The position numbers were made by a program, and so were the translations under genes. A stretch of DNA of 64,000 bases, taken from contig JAYWIR010000003.1 of assembly GCA_036172245.1 (NCBI GenBank), positions 6,386,001-6,450,000 of the forward strand, written 5' to 3'. Shown here in pieces: positions 62,689 to 64,000 of this stretch. Numbering within the stretch: the stretch's first letter is position 1; the number at the start of each line of letters is the position of its first letter. Source of the stretch: Raillietiella orientalis (taxonomy: Eukaryota). The notes below the pieces were generated by a model. It had not been told where the DNA came from and did no database searches. It saw only the letters and a program-made list of their open reading frames with translations.

Positions 62689-64000
62689 CTGCAAAGTGAA
62701 AGAGAAACATGAAACACATCTGCAGCAACTATGCAATCACATGCAAAGATGCATGTTAATAAATTACTGAAGCCATTGCAAAACTGGAAAAAAGAACAAA
62801 CCTCTTTTCCTATCTGACCCTTCCATAATTCTTTCTTTATTTCTTCTTTGCTTATTATAAAGAGTCTCTGGCCTTTTTTAAAACTTAAATGAAATGGTAT
62901 GCTAGACCGATAGTTACAGCGTGCAATGGCTGCTGGACGAATTTCCTTATAGGGTATAAGAAGAGTTGTATTCAGGCTGAAAATATGCTCAATCATGTGT
63001 ACTGTCTTCTATCTGCTACTTACTTTCCAAAAATTTCCATAAGGCTATGCAGCATGTAATATTCTATTAGTTCAATTTCCGAATTAAAAATTCGTTTTTC
63101 TGATAGGTAAACTGAATTCACACCGCAGCGTAAGACCTTCATATGGCGAACAACACCATTGTAGCTCACACTAATGGCATGAAGATGTTTGGTGACACTG
63201 TTGCGCAACAAGAAGCACCCATTTGGTGTCTGACTTAAGAGGCACTCGGCTTCAGATCTCTCCATGTCGCCAACATACCAAGGATACTGTTTAAGCAAGA
63301 CAGTTTCATCGTGCACATGCAAATTGTTTGCTTGCACATGTGGCACGTGTGTGTCATCTCTATGCTGAGAGCACACGGTAAATCCAGCCTGCAACATAAT
63401 TGTTCAATTCTGTTGAGACAAATGACAATTTTTCTACCTTTCCTTTATAAGGTAAATCTACAAAACAATTATCACTTTCTTCTCTGAAAAACAAATCATT
63501 CGGATCACTTTTTTTGTTTCAAAAGTCCCATACTCATTAGAAAAGCGTGGAGGAACTGCTGGTAGCAATGTACAAACATTGACAATCGACAAAAGGCATT
63601 CGTGATGCACTGCATTGCGGCATTTGAGGCACTGGTATCCTTGATAGATGACACCTTTGAGCAGCCTCCCACAAACATTACATACTGCTGGTTCACTGAA
63701 GCTACTGTACTGGAGCTCATGGTGGGTACGGGGGCACTTGAAGACCACCATTAGGTCCCTAAAACAATCCTGTAGTCCAAAGTTCAGTATTTTGTTTCCT
63801 TTTATTTTCTTTACAATGCACTCCTCATGGCTTTTCTCCAGAGAACGTAACTTTCTTCATTTTTGGCAGCAAATGTGTAAGCATTGCTACGATCTTCTGG
63901 AACTAACAGCCATCCATATCCCCACTTTTCCCGCCGTATGGGAATGTCTTCCAGGCAATGACGCTCCAAGTGCAACAGGGCTTTGAATTTATATTCGTCG
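62641..64000 (-). CDS. vav: Vav-family Rho guanine nucleotide exchange factor, 3' portion (PH-C1-SH2-SH3), 5'-truncated by the window edge; exons 64000-63815, 63758-63534, 63483-63438, 63388-63024, 62976-62802, 62688-62641
   Basis: PH end (DEYKFKALL...KWGYGWLL...YTFAAKNEESYVLWRKAMRSAL), complete C1 H-x12-C-x2-C-x13-C-x2-C-x4-H-x2-C-x7-C, SH2 (YPWYVGDMER...GCFLLRNS), LNTTLLIPYK linker, SH3 (LSFKKGQ...WKGQIG...IGFFP); all GT-AG introns with consistent phases. Confidence 0.92.
62802..62976 (-). CDS. vav: Vav-like exon, SH2 end and most of SH3
   Basis: ttttcag|..LNTTLLIPYKE...WKGQIGKE|gtttgt. Confidence 0.9.
63024..63388 (-). CDS. vav: Vav-like exon, SH2 domain
   Basis: ttgcag|AGFTV...YPWYVGDMERSEAE...YYMLHSLMEIFG(N)|gtaagt. 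Confidence 0.9.
63438..63483 (-). CDS. vav: Vav-like 46-nt small exon in the C1-SH2 linker
   Basis: ttttcag|(E)EESDNCFVDLPYKGK|gtagaa, flanked by 50- and 49-nt introns; phases fit. Confidence 0.65.
63534..63758 (-). CDS. vav: Vav-like exon, C1 zinc finger
   Basis: ttttag|..DLMVVFKCPRTHHELQY...VNVCTLLPAVPPRFSN(E)|gtatgg; an alternative donor at 63508 is possible. Confidence 0.88.
63815..64000 (-). CDS. vav: Vav-like exon, PH domain C-terminal part (continues beyond window)
   Basis: Open frame DEYKFK...AMRSA(L)|gtaaag; absent from the ORF track because it lacks a start codon. Confidence 0.88.

Overview
Eukaryotic (invertebrate animal-like) genomic DNA; nearly all ORFs in the supplied track are spurious. 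Two spliced genes can be rebuilt by hand. (1) A complete 17-coding-exon PDE11-like GAF-GAF cyclic-nucleotide phosphodiesterase on + (ATG 16584 to TGA 55130; 814 aa, or 875 aa if exon 1 uses a distal donor). It has an intact catalytic domain, degenerate-looking GAF domains and one GC-AG intron. (2) The 3' part of a convergent Vav-like Rho-GEF on - (PH-C1-SH2-SH3, 62641 to the window end). The most unusual non-coding feature is a three-copy, ~750-850 bp SINE-like family on the - strand. It has a tRNA-like Pol III head, a body of up to ~14 tandem GC-rich hairpins (several with UNCG-type loops) and, in one copy, a 3' stem-loop, poly(A) and a degenerate target-site duplication. Also present: decayed LINE fossils, a small TIR-flanked element, a perfect (CTG)7(CAG)7 palindrome and a GC3/CpG shift near 53 kb. 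No gene was recognised in 1-16.5 kb. Family assignments rest on recalled motifs, not on database searches.
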